Source of the DNA: a virus
Reading direction: 5' to 3' (one strand)
DNA length: 64,000 nucleotides
Virus record (IMG/VR): IMGVR_UViG_3300025684_000011
Shown: positions 29,593 through 39,534 of the stretch, in pieces
Layout of the letters: the number at the start of each line of letters is the position of its first letter
Numbering within the stretch: position 1 is the stretch's first letter
Position numbers and translations under genes: made by a program
Notes under the pieces: model-generated
What the model saw: the letters and a program-made list of their open reading frames with translations, nothing else
Databases searched by the model: none
Told to the model about the DNA's origin: nothing

Positions 29593-30304
29593 TACTTTTA
29601 GCAATAGAAAAAATGTTACAATGATGCTTATAGACCAAGAAGATCTCAGTATATTAACTGTTACATCAAGTGTCTCGGTACTTAATGCATTGTCAGAAGG
29701 TTTTGATAACTCTGTACCTGTACTTGGAAGAATAACAAATCCTGATGCGTTAAAAGCACTAAGAACTTATAATCAATCAGCTTCTCAAGCTCTGTTAGTA
29801 AATGTCGGACTTGATGATCTAACTCAAGAAATTGAAACCAAAGCAAATTGGGACACGATTGGACTAACACCAATCAGCTTTGGCTTAAAGCCAATGAACG
29901 AAAAAGCAGAAGGGTTTGTATTAAAAAGAAAGATTGCAAATAGAAGAAACAACGTACTGTCTCAGATTGAATCTAAATTAGAACGTTATGCCAGTCGAGT
30001 TATTAATTCTTCTCTTGATGATATTTTTATTCCCTATATGTCGGACGAACTTAGTAAATGTAAACCAGATGAAGACCAATATACCAATCCTGTAATTGAA
30101 TGGGCAATAGCATCAGGTTTAGATGTAAAACAAGCATATCATGAGTTAAGCATGGTAACAAGTTCTGCTAATTTAATTACTATGCGTCTTCATGCTCATT
30201 GGAGGTTCTTTGTAAACCAAGTTAATAAGCTCGACTTTCAAGTTGACGGAATACTAGAAAAAGTTATTGCTGATGCTGAACTAAAACTTAGATCTGGGCT
30301 ATAA
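29585..30304 (+). CDS. PP-loop partner protein, family A
   Basis: ELSKCKPDEDQYTNPVIEWAIASGLDVKQAYHEL paralogous to 27926 and 37420. Confidence 0.7.
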   Translation: MLDTFSNRKNVTMMLIDQEDLSILTVTSSVSVLNALSEGFDNSVPVLGRITNPDALKALRTYNQSASQALLVNVGLDDLTQEIETKANWDTIGLTPISFGLKPMNEKAEGFVLKRKIANRRNNVLSQIESKLERYASRVINSSLDDIFIPYMSDELSKCKPDEDQYTNPVIEWAIASGLDVKQAYHELSMVTSSANLITMRLHAHWRFFVNQVNKLDFQVDGILEKVIADAELKLRSGL

Positions 30305-30329
30305 ACGGATAAAAATCACAAAAAAAAGG

Positions 30330-30358
30330 TTGACTATTGGATAGAGTTATGTTATATT
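30330..30358 (+). promoter_or_regulatory. sigma70-type promoter
   Basis: TTGACT-17-TATATT preceded by an A-tract. Confidence 0.65.
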
Positions 30359-30407
30359 AATAACATAGTTAGAAAGACTCTAACTACTTTTGATAAAAGG
30401 AAATTAA

Positions 30408-30704
30408 ATGTCAAAAACTACAACGTCAATCAGATCATTCGATCTAGAAACGAAGCAAGGCAAGCTCTTTCACGCACTAGTGCTAGAGAAGCAAGCTCTT
30501 ACTAAATCAGCAATTAAGAAGCGATTTGGTATTGCAAATCCTACCGCGACTGTATCGAACATTCGCCAACGTGGTTATGCTATCTATGCAAACCAACGTA
30601 AAGCCGGTAATGGCGTACATGTAACTGAGTATTCACACGGTGCTCCGTCACGTCGTATGGTTGCTTTGGCCTATAAGGCTCAGGGAATGGGTATTACTGT
30701 TTAA
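30408..30704 (+). CDS. winged helix-turn-helix DNA-binding protein
   Basis: LT...IKKRFGIANPTATVSNIRQRGYAI. Confidence 0.7.
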   Translation: MSKTTTSIRSFDLETKQGKLFHALVLEKQALTKSAIKKRFGIANPTATVSNIRQRGYAIYANQRKAGNGVHVTEYSHGAPSRRMVALAYKAQGMGITV

Positions 30705-30726
30705 TCAGTAGTTTCTAAAACTGACT

Positions 30727-30758
30727 AAAAATAGGGGGAGAAATCCCCCTATTTTCTT
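30727..30758. terminator. intrinsic terminator
   Basis: AAAATAGGGGGA-GAAA-TCCCCCTATTTT. Confidence 0.85.
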
Positions 30759-30803
30759 GACATAAATATCAGGCATTGAATGCAAGAAAGAGAGAGTATA
30801 CAC

Positions 30804-31664
30804 ATGTCAAAACGTATCCTAATTATGGGATTACCAGGATCTGGAAAAACAACTTTAGCTGAGAAGTTAAAAACTTATATAGAGGCAGAAGCCGGTATAA
30901 GTTCAGCACCATTAGATAAACAAATTAGAGTAATTGAATCTCCTAAACTAGACGAATATAAATGTACAGTAGATTGGTTCAACGCAGACGAAATCCGTAA
31001 GAAGTTTGACGACTGGGATTTTAGTCATACTGGACGCATTAGACAAAGTATTCGTATGTTTGATTTGTCTCAAGAATCAAATGCTGATTTTGTTATTTGC
31101 GACTTTGTTGCACCGTTAGTAGAAATGAGAAATAATTTTAAAGCAGATTGGACAATTTGGATTGATACAATTAAAGAAGGTAGATATGAAGATACCAATA
31201 AAGCATTTATTGAACCTGAGGTATATGACTTCCGTGTACCAGAACAAGATTGTGAAAAATGGGCTAGATATATTTGCGACAGAATTGTAAAAGATGAAAG
31301 AAGACCTATGTTTGACTGGAGGAAAGAAACAGTACAGATGCTAGGCCGTTGGCAACCATGGCATGATGGACATCGTGCATTATTTGAAAGACTAATTCAA
31401 CGCACAGGACAGGTTGTAATACAAATTAGAGATGTACAAGGATGGGAAGGTTCTAATCCTTTTGAAATTGATCAAGTTAAACGTTTTATTAAAGCAGACT
31501 TAGATCCATTGTACCAAGGACAATATGAAATTCAGATTGTTCCTAATATTGTACATATTGGCTGGGGTAGAGGTGTAGGTTATACGTCAGGAGAAGAAAC
31601 CTTTGACGAATCAGTAACAGAAATTTCTGCAACTAATATTAGAAAAGGAATGGGACTAAAGTAG
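30804..31664 (+). CDS. APS-kinase-like P-loop kinase fused to HIGH-family nucleotidyltransferase
   Basis: GLPGSGKTT, NADEIR, DFVAP; then GRWQPWHDGH and ISATNIR. Confidence 0.8.
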   Translation: MSKRILIMGLPGSGKTTLAEKLKTYIEAEAGISSAPLDKQIRVIESPKLDEYKCTVDWFNADEIRKKFDDWDFSHTGRIRQSIRMFDLSQESNADFVICDFVAPLVEMRNNFKADWTIWIDTIKEGRYEDTNKAFIEPEVYDFRVPEQDCEKWARYICDRIVKDERRPMFDWRKETVQMLGRWQPWHDGHRALFERLIQRTGQVVIQIRDVQGWEGSNPFEIDQVKRFIKADLDPLYQGQYEIQIVPNIVHIGWGRGVGYTSGEETFDESVTEISATNIRKGMGLK

Positions 31665-31665
31665 A

Positions 31666-31920
31666 CTAACGTCTTTTCTTTTTATTAGAAACTAAGGCGT
31701 GTTGTTCTAGTGCCTCACGTCTTAGTTTTTCTATATCATCTTCTTTTGAAAATTTAGGCTTTTCTCTCATGCTTAATTGAGCATGAAATTTCTTTTTAAC
31801 TGGTTCAGGGTCCTCTACGTTTCTTATAAGCATGGTTATGGCTTTGTAGCCGTCGCCCATAAAGATTAATTTATTATCTTTGTATAATAATGTTTTAGAA
31901 GAGGTTTCTTGGTTTATCAT
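31666..31920 (-). CDS. hypothetical protein
   Basis: MINQETSSKTLLYKD... in a minus-strand operon. Confidence 0.55.
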   Translation of the reverse strand: MINQETSSKTLLYKDNKLIFMGDGYKAITMLIRNVEDPEPVKKKFHAQLSMREKPKFSKEDDIEKLRREALEQHALVSNKKKRR

Positions 31921-31927
31921 AAAATTT

Positions 31928-32059
31928 TCATGTACGAATATTGTCATCTTTACACTCGCATTTTTGGCATACATCATTAGGACAAGTTTGACATTCTGGT
32001 GAATAGCAATGACACCTGCATTTACATTTACTACAATATCTTTCTGGACTACCTGTCAT
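31928..32059 (-). CDS. 43 aa Cys-rich metallothionein-like peptide (absent from ORF track)
   Basis: MTGSPERYCSKCKCRCHCYSPECQTCPNDVCQKCECKDDNIRT; SD GGAGAG; 10 Cys. Confidence 0.7.
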   Translation of the reverse strand: MTGSPERYCSKCKCRCHCYSPECQTCPNDVCQKCECKDDNIRT

Positions 32060-32067
32060 CTACTCTC

Positions 32068-32397
32068 CTACTTTTTGCCTATTGAATTTAAACTATCCAT
32101 AACATTATCGATATTTGGCTCCTTGCTATTTGGATTATACACACATTTATATTGCTTTGGACAATTCTGATCAAACATTAATTCGTAAGTTTTGTTACCG
32201 CCTTTGTATATACATGCTTGTTGTCCACTTCTTGACTGGATAATCTTTGCTAGTCGGCAGGTTGTCATACTAGGCGGTATTATATCTCCTCTTTGAATCT
32301 TTTGTTGACGAGTATAATCTTTTTTACTACCATATGTTTTTGCTCCTGCGATTGCAATACTTGGAATCAACAATAACATTACTATATATTTAATCAT
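32068..32397 (-). CDS. secreted hypothetical protein with 4 Cys
   Basis: Signal-like N-terminus; TCRL...CIY...CPKQYKC. Confidence 0.65.
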   Translation of the reverse strand: MIKYIVMLLLIPSIAIAGAKTYGSKKDYTRQQKIQRGDIIPPSMTTCRLAKIIQSRSGQQACIYKGGNKTYELMFDQNCPKQYKCVYNPNSKEPNIDNVMDSLNSIGKK

Positions 32398-32611
32398 ATA
32401 ATTTTACTCTCTTTGGGTCAATTAAAGAAGGTTCGCATACAGCAGTATATGATCTTCTTTTTGGTACATCTTCACCAGCAGTTCCAGGAACTGCTGGTTG
32501 CTGATTCAATCTACTTGCAAAATATTTACAATCGTCTATGTTGCGAAAGTACATATCATTGCTAACTATTTGAGTACCTAAGTAAACAGTTAACAAGAAT
32601 GCATGAATCAT
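32390..32611 (-). CDS. hypothetical protein
   Basis: MIHAFLLTVYLG...YFRNIDDCKYFA. Confidence 0.65.
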   Translation of the reverse strand: MIHAFLLTVYLGTQIVSNDMYFRNIDDCKYFASRLNQQPAVPGTAGEDVPKRRSYTAVCEPSLIDPKRVKLYD

Positions 32612-33078
32612 TATAAGTTTATCACCGCAACAGTAAGTATGCCAATGACAACCATAGCAGATAATATAACAAATCCAATTAACTTTAGATTTTCAAGTAG
32701 CTCTGCACTTTCTTTTGCCTTCTTTTTACGTCTAACTAATTCTGCTTCTTTTGCGGCCTGTATTCTATTTGCTCGTTCCTGAATGATACCTGCCCATGTT
32801 CCAGGACCAAATCTCATATTAATCATATTTGCTACCTCTTGCATCTGCTCTTGTGCAATTTTAGCATCTATTGTTTCTCTTGCTATATTACTTGTACTAA
32901 ATTGGTCTGCTATAGAGATGTTTCCACTTCTTTTGGAATTCATCTGACTATTTCCTTCGAACATTTTGTCAATGGCATCAGCTATATCGCCTATGTCTTT
33001 ACATGTTTCTATTTGGTCCTTAATGAATGATACACTCTGTTTGACCAAAGCGATGCCTGCTAGTGTTTCCGCTATCAT
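32611..33078 (-). CDS. coiled-coil membrane-anchored protein
   Basis: SD AGGAG; RFGPGTW motif; C-terminal TM helix. Confidence 0.7.
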   Translation of the reverse strand: MIAETLAGIALVKQSVSFIKDQIETCKDIGDIADAIDKMFEGNSQMNSKRSGNISIADQFSTSNIARETIDAKIAQEQMQEVANMINMRFGPGTWAGIIQERANRIQAAKEAELVRRKKKAKESAELLENLKLIGFVILSAMVVIGILTVAVINL

Positions 33079-33284
33079 TACAACTCTCCTTTCTACTGAG
33101 AAGAGACATTTTAAAAACTGTCTGGATATTACATGTATTTAACAAAACAGGCCCAATTTTTATACTTTAGGTACGACAATACCTGTTATAAACTTATAAG
33201 TATATGGTTGGTTAAGCAAACTGGCGAGCAGTTTTGTATTTTAACTAATACTCAAATCCTATAATAGGAATAAAGGAAAAATCA

Positions 33285-34187
33285 ATGAAGATATTACCCT
33301 TAGCCACGATCGCAGTATTCGTGGGCATCTTTACGGCGAATGCTGGTGAAAAACTAGCACTTCCGTCTACGGAAGGTGTAGACATTACAACATATGGTGA
33401 AGTCCGAGCATATGTTGAATCATCAACTACAAATGATGTTGATACAGCAATTAAAACATCAGACAGTAAAGTAGGACTAAAATTTAAGACTAAAGAACCA
33501 GTATATGTCTTTGGAGAAATGTCAGCTAATGTTGATCTATCCTCAGACGGAGCAGACGATGTAACAACTCGGTTTGGTTATATTGGCGTAGGTACCAATG
33601 CATTGGGAGAAATTTCACTTGGACGTACAATGAGCATTATGGATTCATTTGTTGATAAAGCAGATGTGTTTATGGGTGCAGGAAATCAAGGAGTTCAGAA
33701 GACTCCTTTTACTATGAATAACAGTTTGAAGTATACTGGTAGTTTTAGCGGAGTCGATGTTGGCTTTCAAACACAAATGACTGATGATGCACAAAACCAT
33801 GACTTGGATTTATATCAAATTGGTTTAGGCTACAAAGGCATTGGTGTTGCATATGCAAGAGATGAAATTAATTCATCTGACTACTATGGCTTGGGTGTTT
33901 CTCAAAAGTTTGGAAAAATTGGAGCATATGCTAGTGTGTCGGTATTAGATGATGATACACAAGCAAATGATGCAGTTGGATATGAACTTGCTGGTTCATA
34001 TGATTTAAACGAAAAACTAACACTACAAGGCGGTTGGCAAGATACTGACGTTCAATCAGATGACGGTAACTTGACAATTGAATCACAGTATAAGATTGCA
34101 ACTCAATCAGTATTTTTTACTAATATTGATTATGACTTAACAACAGAAGATGCAACTCTTCGAACAGGTCTTAGCTTTACATTCTAA
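33285..34187 (+). CDS. Gram-negative-type porin
   Basis: Signal peptide, YGEVR, SKVG, RFGYIG, GEISLGR, C-terminal F. Confidence 0.85.
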   Translation: MKILPLATIAVFVGIFTANAGEKLALPSTEGVDITTYGEVRAYVESSTTNDVDTAIKTSDSKVGLKFKTKEPVYVFGEMSANVDLSSDGADDVTTRFGYIGVGTNALGEISLGRTMSIMDSFVDKADVFMGAGNQGVQKTPFTMNNSLKYTGSFSGVDVGFQTQMTDDAQNHDLDLYQIGLGYKGIGVAYARDEINSSDYYGLGVSQKFGKIGAYASVSVLDDDTQANDAVGYELAGSYDLNEKLTLQGGWQDTDVQSDDGNLTIESQYKIATQSVFFTNIDYDLTTEDATLRTGLSFTF

Positions 34188-34201
34188 ACTAGTTTTGAAT
34201 A

Positions 34202-34250
34202 TTTACCCTCCTCTAGTAATGATATATAATATTATATAGAGGAGGGTAAA
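34202..34250 (+). promoter_or_regulatory. 14 bp inverted repeat overlapping a promoter and Shine-Dalgarno
   Basis: TTTACCCTCCTCTA / TAGAGGAGGGTAAA; TTTACC-17-TATAAT; GAGGAGG in the right arm. Confidence 0.7.
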
Positions 34251-34252
34251 GT

Positions 34253-34975
34253 TTGCCACTAATAGAGCAATATCCTAATTATAAATTCTTAGAAACCGTG
34301 TTTAGACTTGGACACTTAGATAAACTCAAAAAAGCATTTTATGATAGTAAGCCTGTATGGAACCAAAGAGCAACAAAAACATTCTTTGCTGATTGCGGCT
34401 GGTATAAGTATCCTTATTGTTGTTTCGTTCCTGGTTATGAAGAATTAAATGCTCCAAACGTTATTGGTTTACTGCAATCTGAGATATACAATGCAACAGT
34501 TAACATTGTTAAAGAACTGTGGGTAGCACTATATAAAGAAACTGACGAAGAATGGATGCCTTTCGGAGCAGAACTTAACTTAGTATATCCTGGCAGGAAA
34601 ATTCAACCTCACACAGATAATCATTTCTATAGCAATTATGCAACTAGATGTCATGTTGTATTAGAAACTAATAGTAATGTAGAATTTACATTTGGAAACA
34701 ACGAATCACCAACATTTAATGTAGGACATTCTTTTATTTTCAACAATAAAAGAAGGCACGAAATATGCAATTTTGGAAGCACAAACAGAGTTCATTTAGT
34801 AGTAGATTTTTTACCCAAGAACATATTTCCTTATACAGAAAGAACTCTTGCTCCGTTTGGTACTGACAACTCGTGTCATATCATTAATACTATACGTTCA
34901 AAAGATCATCCTTTACATAATAAATATGTAGACTATGTTGACGATACACCTATACCTAAAAGAAAAACTATATGA
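34253..34975 (+). CDS. Fe(II)/2OG oxygenase, aspartyl/asparaginyl beta-hydroxylase-like
   Basis: IQPHTD...RCHVVL...FNNKRRHEI.N...RVHLVVD. Confidence 0.85.
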   Translation: MPLIEQYPNYKFLETVFRLGHLDKLKKAFYDSKPVWNQRATKTFFADCGWYKYPYCCFVPGYEELNAPNVIGLLQSEIYNATVNIVKELWVALYKETDEEWMPFGAELNLVYPGRKIQPHTDNHFYSNYATRCHVVLETNSNVEFTFGNNESPTFNVGHSFIFNNKRRHEICNFGSTNRVHLVVDFLPKNIFPYTERTLAPFGTDNSCHIINTIRSKDHPLHNKYVDYVDDTPIPKRKTI

Positions 34976-35631
34976 TTTCAGACGATGTTAATCAACCTGT
35001 TCAGGCACATCCTGAATATTTTATCCCTCTAAATTTAACACTACCTCAAGTAGATATCGAAGCACTTAAAGGCGGCATTATTGCTGATTTAAGCGTCAAG
35101 CACAAGGATAGCGATAGATTATGGTTTAATACTGCTATCGCATCTGGTAATCCATTAGAAGAAACGCAGAGAGTAGCAAATGATTTCTTAGAACAATATA
35201 ATCTTGAGGCAAGTACTATGGGAATATTTGTTGTTAATGCTAATACATACGATTGGAACATACATTGTGATTCACAACGTTTAGAAACTCGGCTAAATTT
35301 TTATGAATTAACTACTGCTCCGGGCTTAGTTCGCTGGTTTCCGGATACAAACGACGGATATGAAGAGATACATAAAAACATAGAAGGTAATGAATTTGTT
35401 GACTATGTATGGCCATGGGTTATACAGTTTAAGCAACAACATAGGGATTGGAGCAAAGTACCACCTGCTATTTGGTCTACATCTACTGGTTGTAGTAGTG
35501 CGTTAGTTAGGACTAATTTACCACATCATGTAGTACAAGGTGATGGAATTAGGATAACAGTTACCTGTAAGGTTGTAGACAAAGAAACAAAGAGTACAGT
35601 TGACACATGGAGCAGATTACAACAATGTTAA
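34972..35631 (+). CDS. putative Fe(II)/2OG-type (double-stranded beta-helix) oxygenase
   Basis: IHCD...RLN...RTNLPHHV...R. Confidence 0.6.
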   Translation: MISDDVNQPVQAHPEYFIPLNLTLPQVDIEALKGGIIADLSVKHKDSDRLWFNTAIASGNPLEETQRVANDFLEQYNLEASTMGIFVVNANTYDWNIHCDSQRLETRLNFYELTTAPGLVRWFPDTNDGYEEIHKNIEGNEFVDYVWPWVIQFKQQHRDWSKVPPAIWSTSTGCSSALVRTNLPHHVVQGDGIRITVTCKVVDKETKSTVDTWSRLQQC

Positions 35632-36059
35632 AAAGAGTTACAAACTTAACTTATGGCATGGCCGAAGAGTTAAAGAAAGATCCTGTTAGGCCGAATATTA
35701 CGCCTTCAAGGAGAATTGGAAAAAACAAAGATATTTTCTACGAGTTATCTGATGAAGGAAATATTGATGCAGTAATTTGTGTTACCTATACAAATGATGT
35801 ACCTACTGATGAATCAAATTTATTTGATATGCCAGGTAAAGACGTTGCTATTTTTTATAGTGTCTGGAGTAACAAGGCCGGTGCTGGACGCAAGATAATC
35901 TTTGATACAGTCGATGTAATAACAAATGAAAATAAAAATATACAACGTTTTGTAACACTAAGCCCAAACACTAAAATAGCAGAAAGATTTCATCTAAGAA
36001 ACGGAGCAATAGTATTCCGTACCAATGACAATACTGTAAATTATGAGTATTTAAAGTAA
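35625..36059 (+). CDS. GNAT-like/malonyl-CoA decarboxylase C-domain-like protein
   Basis: AIFYSVWS..GAGR..FVTLSP. Confidence 0.6.
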   Translation: MLKRVTNLTYGMAEELKKDPVRPNITPSRRIGKNKDIFYELSDEGNIDAVICVTYTNDVPTDESNLFDMPGKDVAIFYSVWSNKAGAGRKIIFDTVDVITNENKNIQRFVTLSPNTKIAERFHLRNGAIVFRTNDNTVNYEYLK

Positions 36060-36137
36060 TATGCATAAACTGGTTGACAGACACAATATATTGTGTTAGT
36101 ATACATTATAAAGTTAAAAAAATGAAAGGACTTTAAT

Positions 36138-36353
36138 ATGAATAAAACAAAATATATCGCAACTAGATTATTCTTAATTGCACTTGCAACATTACTATTC
36201 GTACAAGTAGTAAGGTTTATTGCAGTACTTGGAACAGACTATGGATTTACTCTACAACAAGTAGGTGCTGGTATTAGTCTTGTTGTAATATTTTCAGTTA
36301 TGGGTTTTTGGTTGTCTTCCGATTATGACATGAAGAAGTTAGGTGATAAGTAG
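36138..36353 (+). CDS. small membrane protein
   Basis: Two hydrophobic helices; upstream TTGACA-17-TAGTAT. Confidence 0.6.
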   Translation: MNKTKYIATRLFLIALATLLFVQVVRFIAVLGTDYGFTLQQVGAGISLVVIFSVMGFWLSSDYDMKKLGDK

Positions 36354-36367
36354 AACGGAAATAAAGT

Positions 36368-36443
<76 letters not shown>

Positions 36444-36520
36444 CTTTTGTTAAAAGAATAACAGAATAACAGAATCATAATTGTAATATAAGTAAGATAT
36501 AATACAAACGGAAAACGAAG

Positions 36521-36766
36521 ATGAAATGGTTTTTTATATTAATGGTAATGACACAAAATACTCCTGTACAAGATCATTTGTACTTAATACAGGAGCCAAA
36601 ATTCTCCACACCACAAGAATGCTTGAGATTTGTTGAAGTTAATCAACCTCTACTTCGAGCTCTTGGAGCTGAAAAGTTTCCAACTCAGTATGTTGAAAAC
36701 ATTTATTGCCTAACGCAAGATGCGTTAGATAGTTTTATTACAGATAACCCAGGAAAGAGTATATAG
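36521..36766 (+). CDS. hypothetical protein
   Basis: Hydrophobic N-terminus, FSTPQEC...YC. Confidence 0.6.
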   Translation: MKWFFILMVMTQNTPVQDHLYLIQEPKFSTPQECLRFVEVNQPLLRALGAEKFPTQYVENIYCLTQDALDSFITDNPGKSI

Positions 36767-37420
36767 ATGAAAATTTTAACAACGGACGGCATGCTAGATA
36801 AAAGAAATACAATGTACCCTTCTTATGCCGAAAAGATTACAAATGCATTTAAAACTTCTGAGGCCTATAGTTCAACTTATGGATATGTACTAAACGGAGA
36901 AGTTGAATTACCAAATAAATGGATTGCAAGAGAGAAGGAATATTTTTCTTTTGCAAGTCATGAATCAACAGATTTTCAAGTAACAGGGACGGCAGTATTT
37001 TTTACTAGACTAGGACATATGCATCAAAACAACTTAGGAGGTCCTATTGAAGACAGTGGACGACTTTGTTATATAGATGGTTGTAGTGATAGTTTATTAA
37101 TATATCCAAGTCGTGCAGGAGATCCAAGTGTTAACCTTTTAGCTTTCCCTGCAGGCATTAACCAAACATTTCATATTCACCCTAGTGTAAGATTAGGATT
37201 TGTTGCTGAAGGATCAGGTAATGCAGAAATGATAACAGGTGAAGTGTATCCGTTAGAAGCAGGAAGTATCTTTTGTATTGAAGAAAGAGAAAATCATAGA
37301 TTTCAAACAATAAACGATACAATGAAAATTATTGCATACCATCCAGATGGAGATTGGGGACCAACTGATCAAAATCATACAATGTTAAATCGTACATATA
37401 TACTCGACGGTGGCCAATAA
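36767..37420 (+). CDS. cupin-domain protein
   Basis: YIDGCSDSLL, QTFHIHPS.R.G....G, H.F, HPD.DWGPTD. Confidence 0.75.
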   Translation: MKILTTDGMLDKRNTMYPSYAEKITNAFKTSEAYSSTYGYVLNGEVELPNKWIAREKEYFSFASHESTDFQVTGTAVFFTRLGHMHQNNLGGPIEDSGRLCYIDGCSDSLLIYPSRAGDPSVNLLAFPAGINQTFHIHPSVRLGFVAEGSGNAEMITGEVYPLEAGSIFCIEERENHRFQTINDTMKIIAYHPDGDWGPTDQNHTMLNRTYILDGGQ

Positions 37421-38124
37421 TGTTCACAACAGAACCAACACTACAATATCTAATTGTAGATAGTAGAACTAATGTTATTCTAGTTGGAACAACAAATGCA
37501 GATGTAGCATCTGCATTGATGCTAAGAAGATCCTACTATAGATCAGAAGTAGACTACATGAACAATTCAAGTAAGAACAAAGGTCTTTTTGCTACTGGTT
37601 TAGATAGAGAGTTTGATAAGATGATAGTCACCTATAGAATGAATTATCATGTTAAGTGGGGCGGTACTCCAAACGAATCAGGTCGGCACGAAATAGAGAC
37701 TGTTAGGGATTGGACTAATCTTGATAAAAACGCTGTTACACAAGCTAGACAAGAAGCAATGACAGCTGAATTATTCTATGCTAGTGCATGGCAGATTCTT
37801 ATGCATTCTTTAAGATGGACACCTCCAGAAAATGACATGGTGATTAGATTTTATCCTGAACTGTTAGATGCAGTTAATAAATGTATCCCACTCCACGATT
37901 ATTATGTTGATGATATTATTGAATATGCTTCTATTACTGGAATAACACCTAAGCAAGCCTATAATGAAATTAACAACCAACTAATACCTATACGCAAACA
38001 ACGTATTCGTGCGTATGCCCTTTGGCAAAAATATACCCAAAAGATGCTAATGGTAGACACTAAACAAGAATTTCAGAATATACTTTCAGAAATTAGAAAC
38101 AACGTATTTTTAGGAACAGAGTAG
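37420..38124 (+). CDS. PP-loop partner protein, family A
   Basis: LIVDSRTNVILV; NKCIPLHDYYVDDIIEYASITGITPKQAYNEI. Confidence 0.7.
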   Translation: MFTTEPTLQYLIVDSRTNVILVGTTNADVASALMLRRSYYRSEVDYMNNSSKNKGLFATGLDREFDKMIVTYRMNYHVKWGGTPNESGRHEIETVRDWTNLDKNAVTQARQEAMTAELFYASAWQILMHSLRWTPPENDMVIRFYPELLDAVNKCIPLHDYYVDDIIEYASITGITPKQAYNEINNQLIPIRKQRIRAYALWQKYTQKMLMVDTKQEFQNILSEIRNNVFLGTE

Positions 38125-38125
38125 A

Positions 38126-38443
38126 ATGTATAGACCATTACCAGACGGATTAACAATAAGAGAATCAAATGTACAAGGATTAGGATTATTTGCAACCAAA
38201 GATTTTGATGCAGATGTAGTATTAGGAATTGTGCATGTTATGAATAAAAACTTCCCTCATGGAAGTATTAGAACGGCATTAGGTGCTTTTTATAATCATT
38301 CAGATGACCCTAATTGCAAAAACCATGAAGGCTTCTGGCATCAGATTCCTGTCCGTTATTTAACTACAACTAAACCTATCAAATCAGGTGATGAATTAAC
38401 TGCAAAGTACACTTTATATAATAATTTTGAGGATGTAGCATAA
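38126..38443 (+). CDS. SET-domain protein
   Basis: GLGLFATKD, FYNHSDDPNC, IKSGDELTAKY. Confidence 0.85.
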   Translation: MYRPLPDGLTIRESNVQGLGLFATKDFDADVVLGIVHVMNKNFPHGSIRTALGAFYNHSDDPNCKNHEGFWHQIPVRYLTTTKPIKSGDELTAKYTLYNNFEDVA

Positions 38444-39534
38444 TGGGCGAATTATTATTATCTACAGTTTCTAGTCAAGTACATACCGCAACAAACAAAA
38501 CACAAGACCAACTGGATTTTTATTCCATTTATAATGTTATTGCTCCATTAGTTAATTTATGTGACAGAACTGGTCACGTTATAACTCCTTATAATTATAA
38601 AGTTACATTACCAATCCCAGCTAATGGCAAAGTAGGAACATTTGAAGAAATTGCAATCGCTAGGGCAAAAGAGTTATTAGATTTAAGTAAGGCAACTAAC
38701 AAGCCTTGTTTAGTTTTGTGGAGTGGAGGCATTGATAGTACAACAGTATTAACAGCATTAATTATAGCCGCTGATGGAGATTATAGTAATATTAAAGTTT
38801 GTATGAATGCTCAATCAATAAGAGAAAATCCTAAATTTTATTATAATTATGTTAGAGGTAAAATGGAAATTGCTCCTAGTGAAATAATGTTTGATTATAT
38901 TAATAAAGATCATATTATTTGTAGCGGAGAGGGTTGTGATCAGTTATTTGGAACTGACATATATCTAGCAATTCAGGGTTGGGATAATAATGCAAGTATG
39001 TTCCAACCATATACTTTTGAAAATGTTGGTGCATTTTTTATGCATAAAGGAATGCCTAGCAGACAAGCAAAAATTTGGTTTGATATAATGGATAACCAAA
39101 TTAAAGCAAAACAACCTTGTGAAATTACAGATTTTAAAGATTTCTTTTGGTGGTACAACTTCTGTTATAAATGGCAAAATGTATATTATAGACTTTTTAA
39201 TATGGGAAAAAGAATGTCTATAACACTTGACCAAGATTTCTTTGATAACAACTACCATAACTTTTTTATGAATGACGACTTTCAAAGATGGAGTATAAAC
39301 AATCCTGATAAGAAAATTACAAAGGATTGGGCTTCTTATAAATTTACAGCCAAAGAGTTTATATATGCGTTTGACAAGGATGAGGAATACTTTAATAATA
39401 AAGTTAAGATTCCAAGTCTGATAAACGTGTTTCGAACTATAGAGCATGTTGGCGGACTAAATTCTGATTTTGAATTTTTACCTAAGAACTTTGATATTGA
39501 ACCTTATATTAACAAAACAAACAGTTTTACTTAG
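38443..39534 (+). CDS. PP-loop ATP pyrophosphatase, asparagine-synthetase C-domain-like (subtype A)
   Basis: CDRTG, WSGGIDST, SGEGCDQLFGT, DFFWWYNFCYKWQ, FQRWS, YK..AKEFIY. Confidence 0.82.
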   Translation: MGELLLSTVSSQVHTATNKTQDQLDFYSIYNVIAPLVNLCDRTGHVITPYNYKVTLPIPANGKVGTFEEIAIARAKELLDLSKATNKPCLVLWSGGIDSTTVLTALIIAADGDYSNIKVCMNAQSIRENPKFYYNYVRGKMEIAPSEIMFDYINKDHIICSGEGCDQLFGTDIYLAIQGWDNNASMFQPYTFENVGAFFMHKGMPSRQAKIWFDIMDNQIKAKQPCEITDFKDFFWWYNFCYKWQNVYYRLFNMGKRMSITLDQDFFDNNYHNFFMNDDFQRWSINNPDKKITKDWASYKFTAKEFIYAFDKDEEYFNNKVKIPSLINVFRTIEHVGGLNSDFEFLPKNFDIEPYINKTNSFT

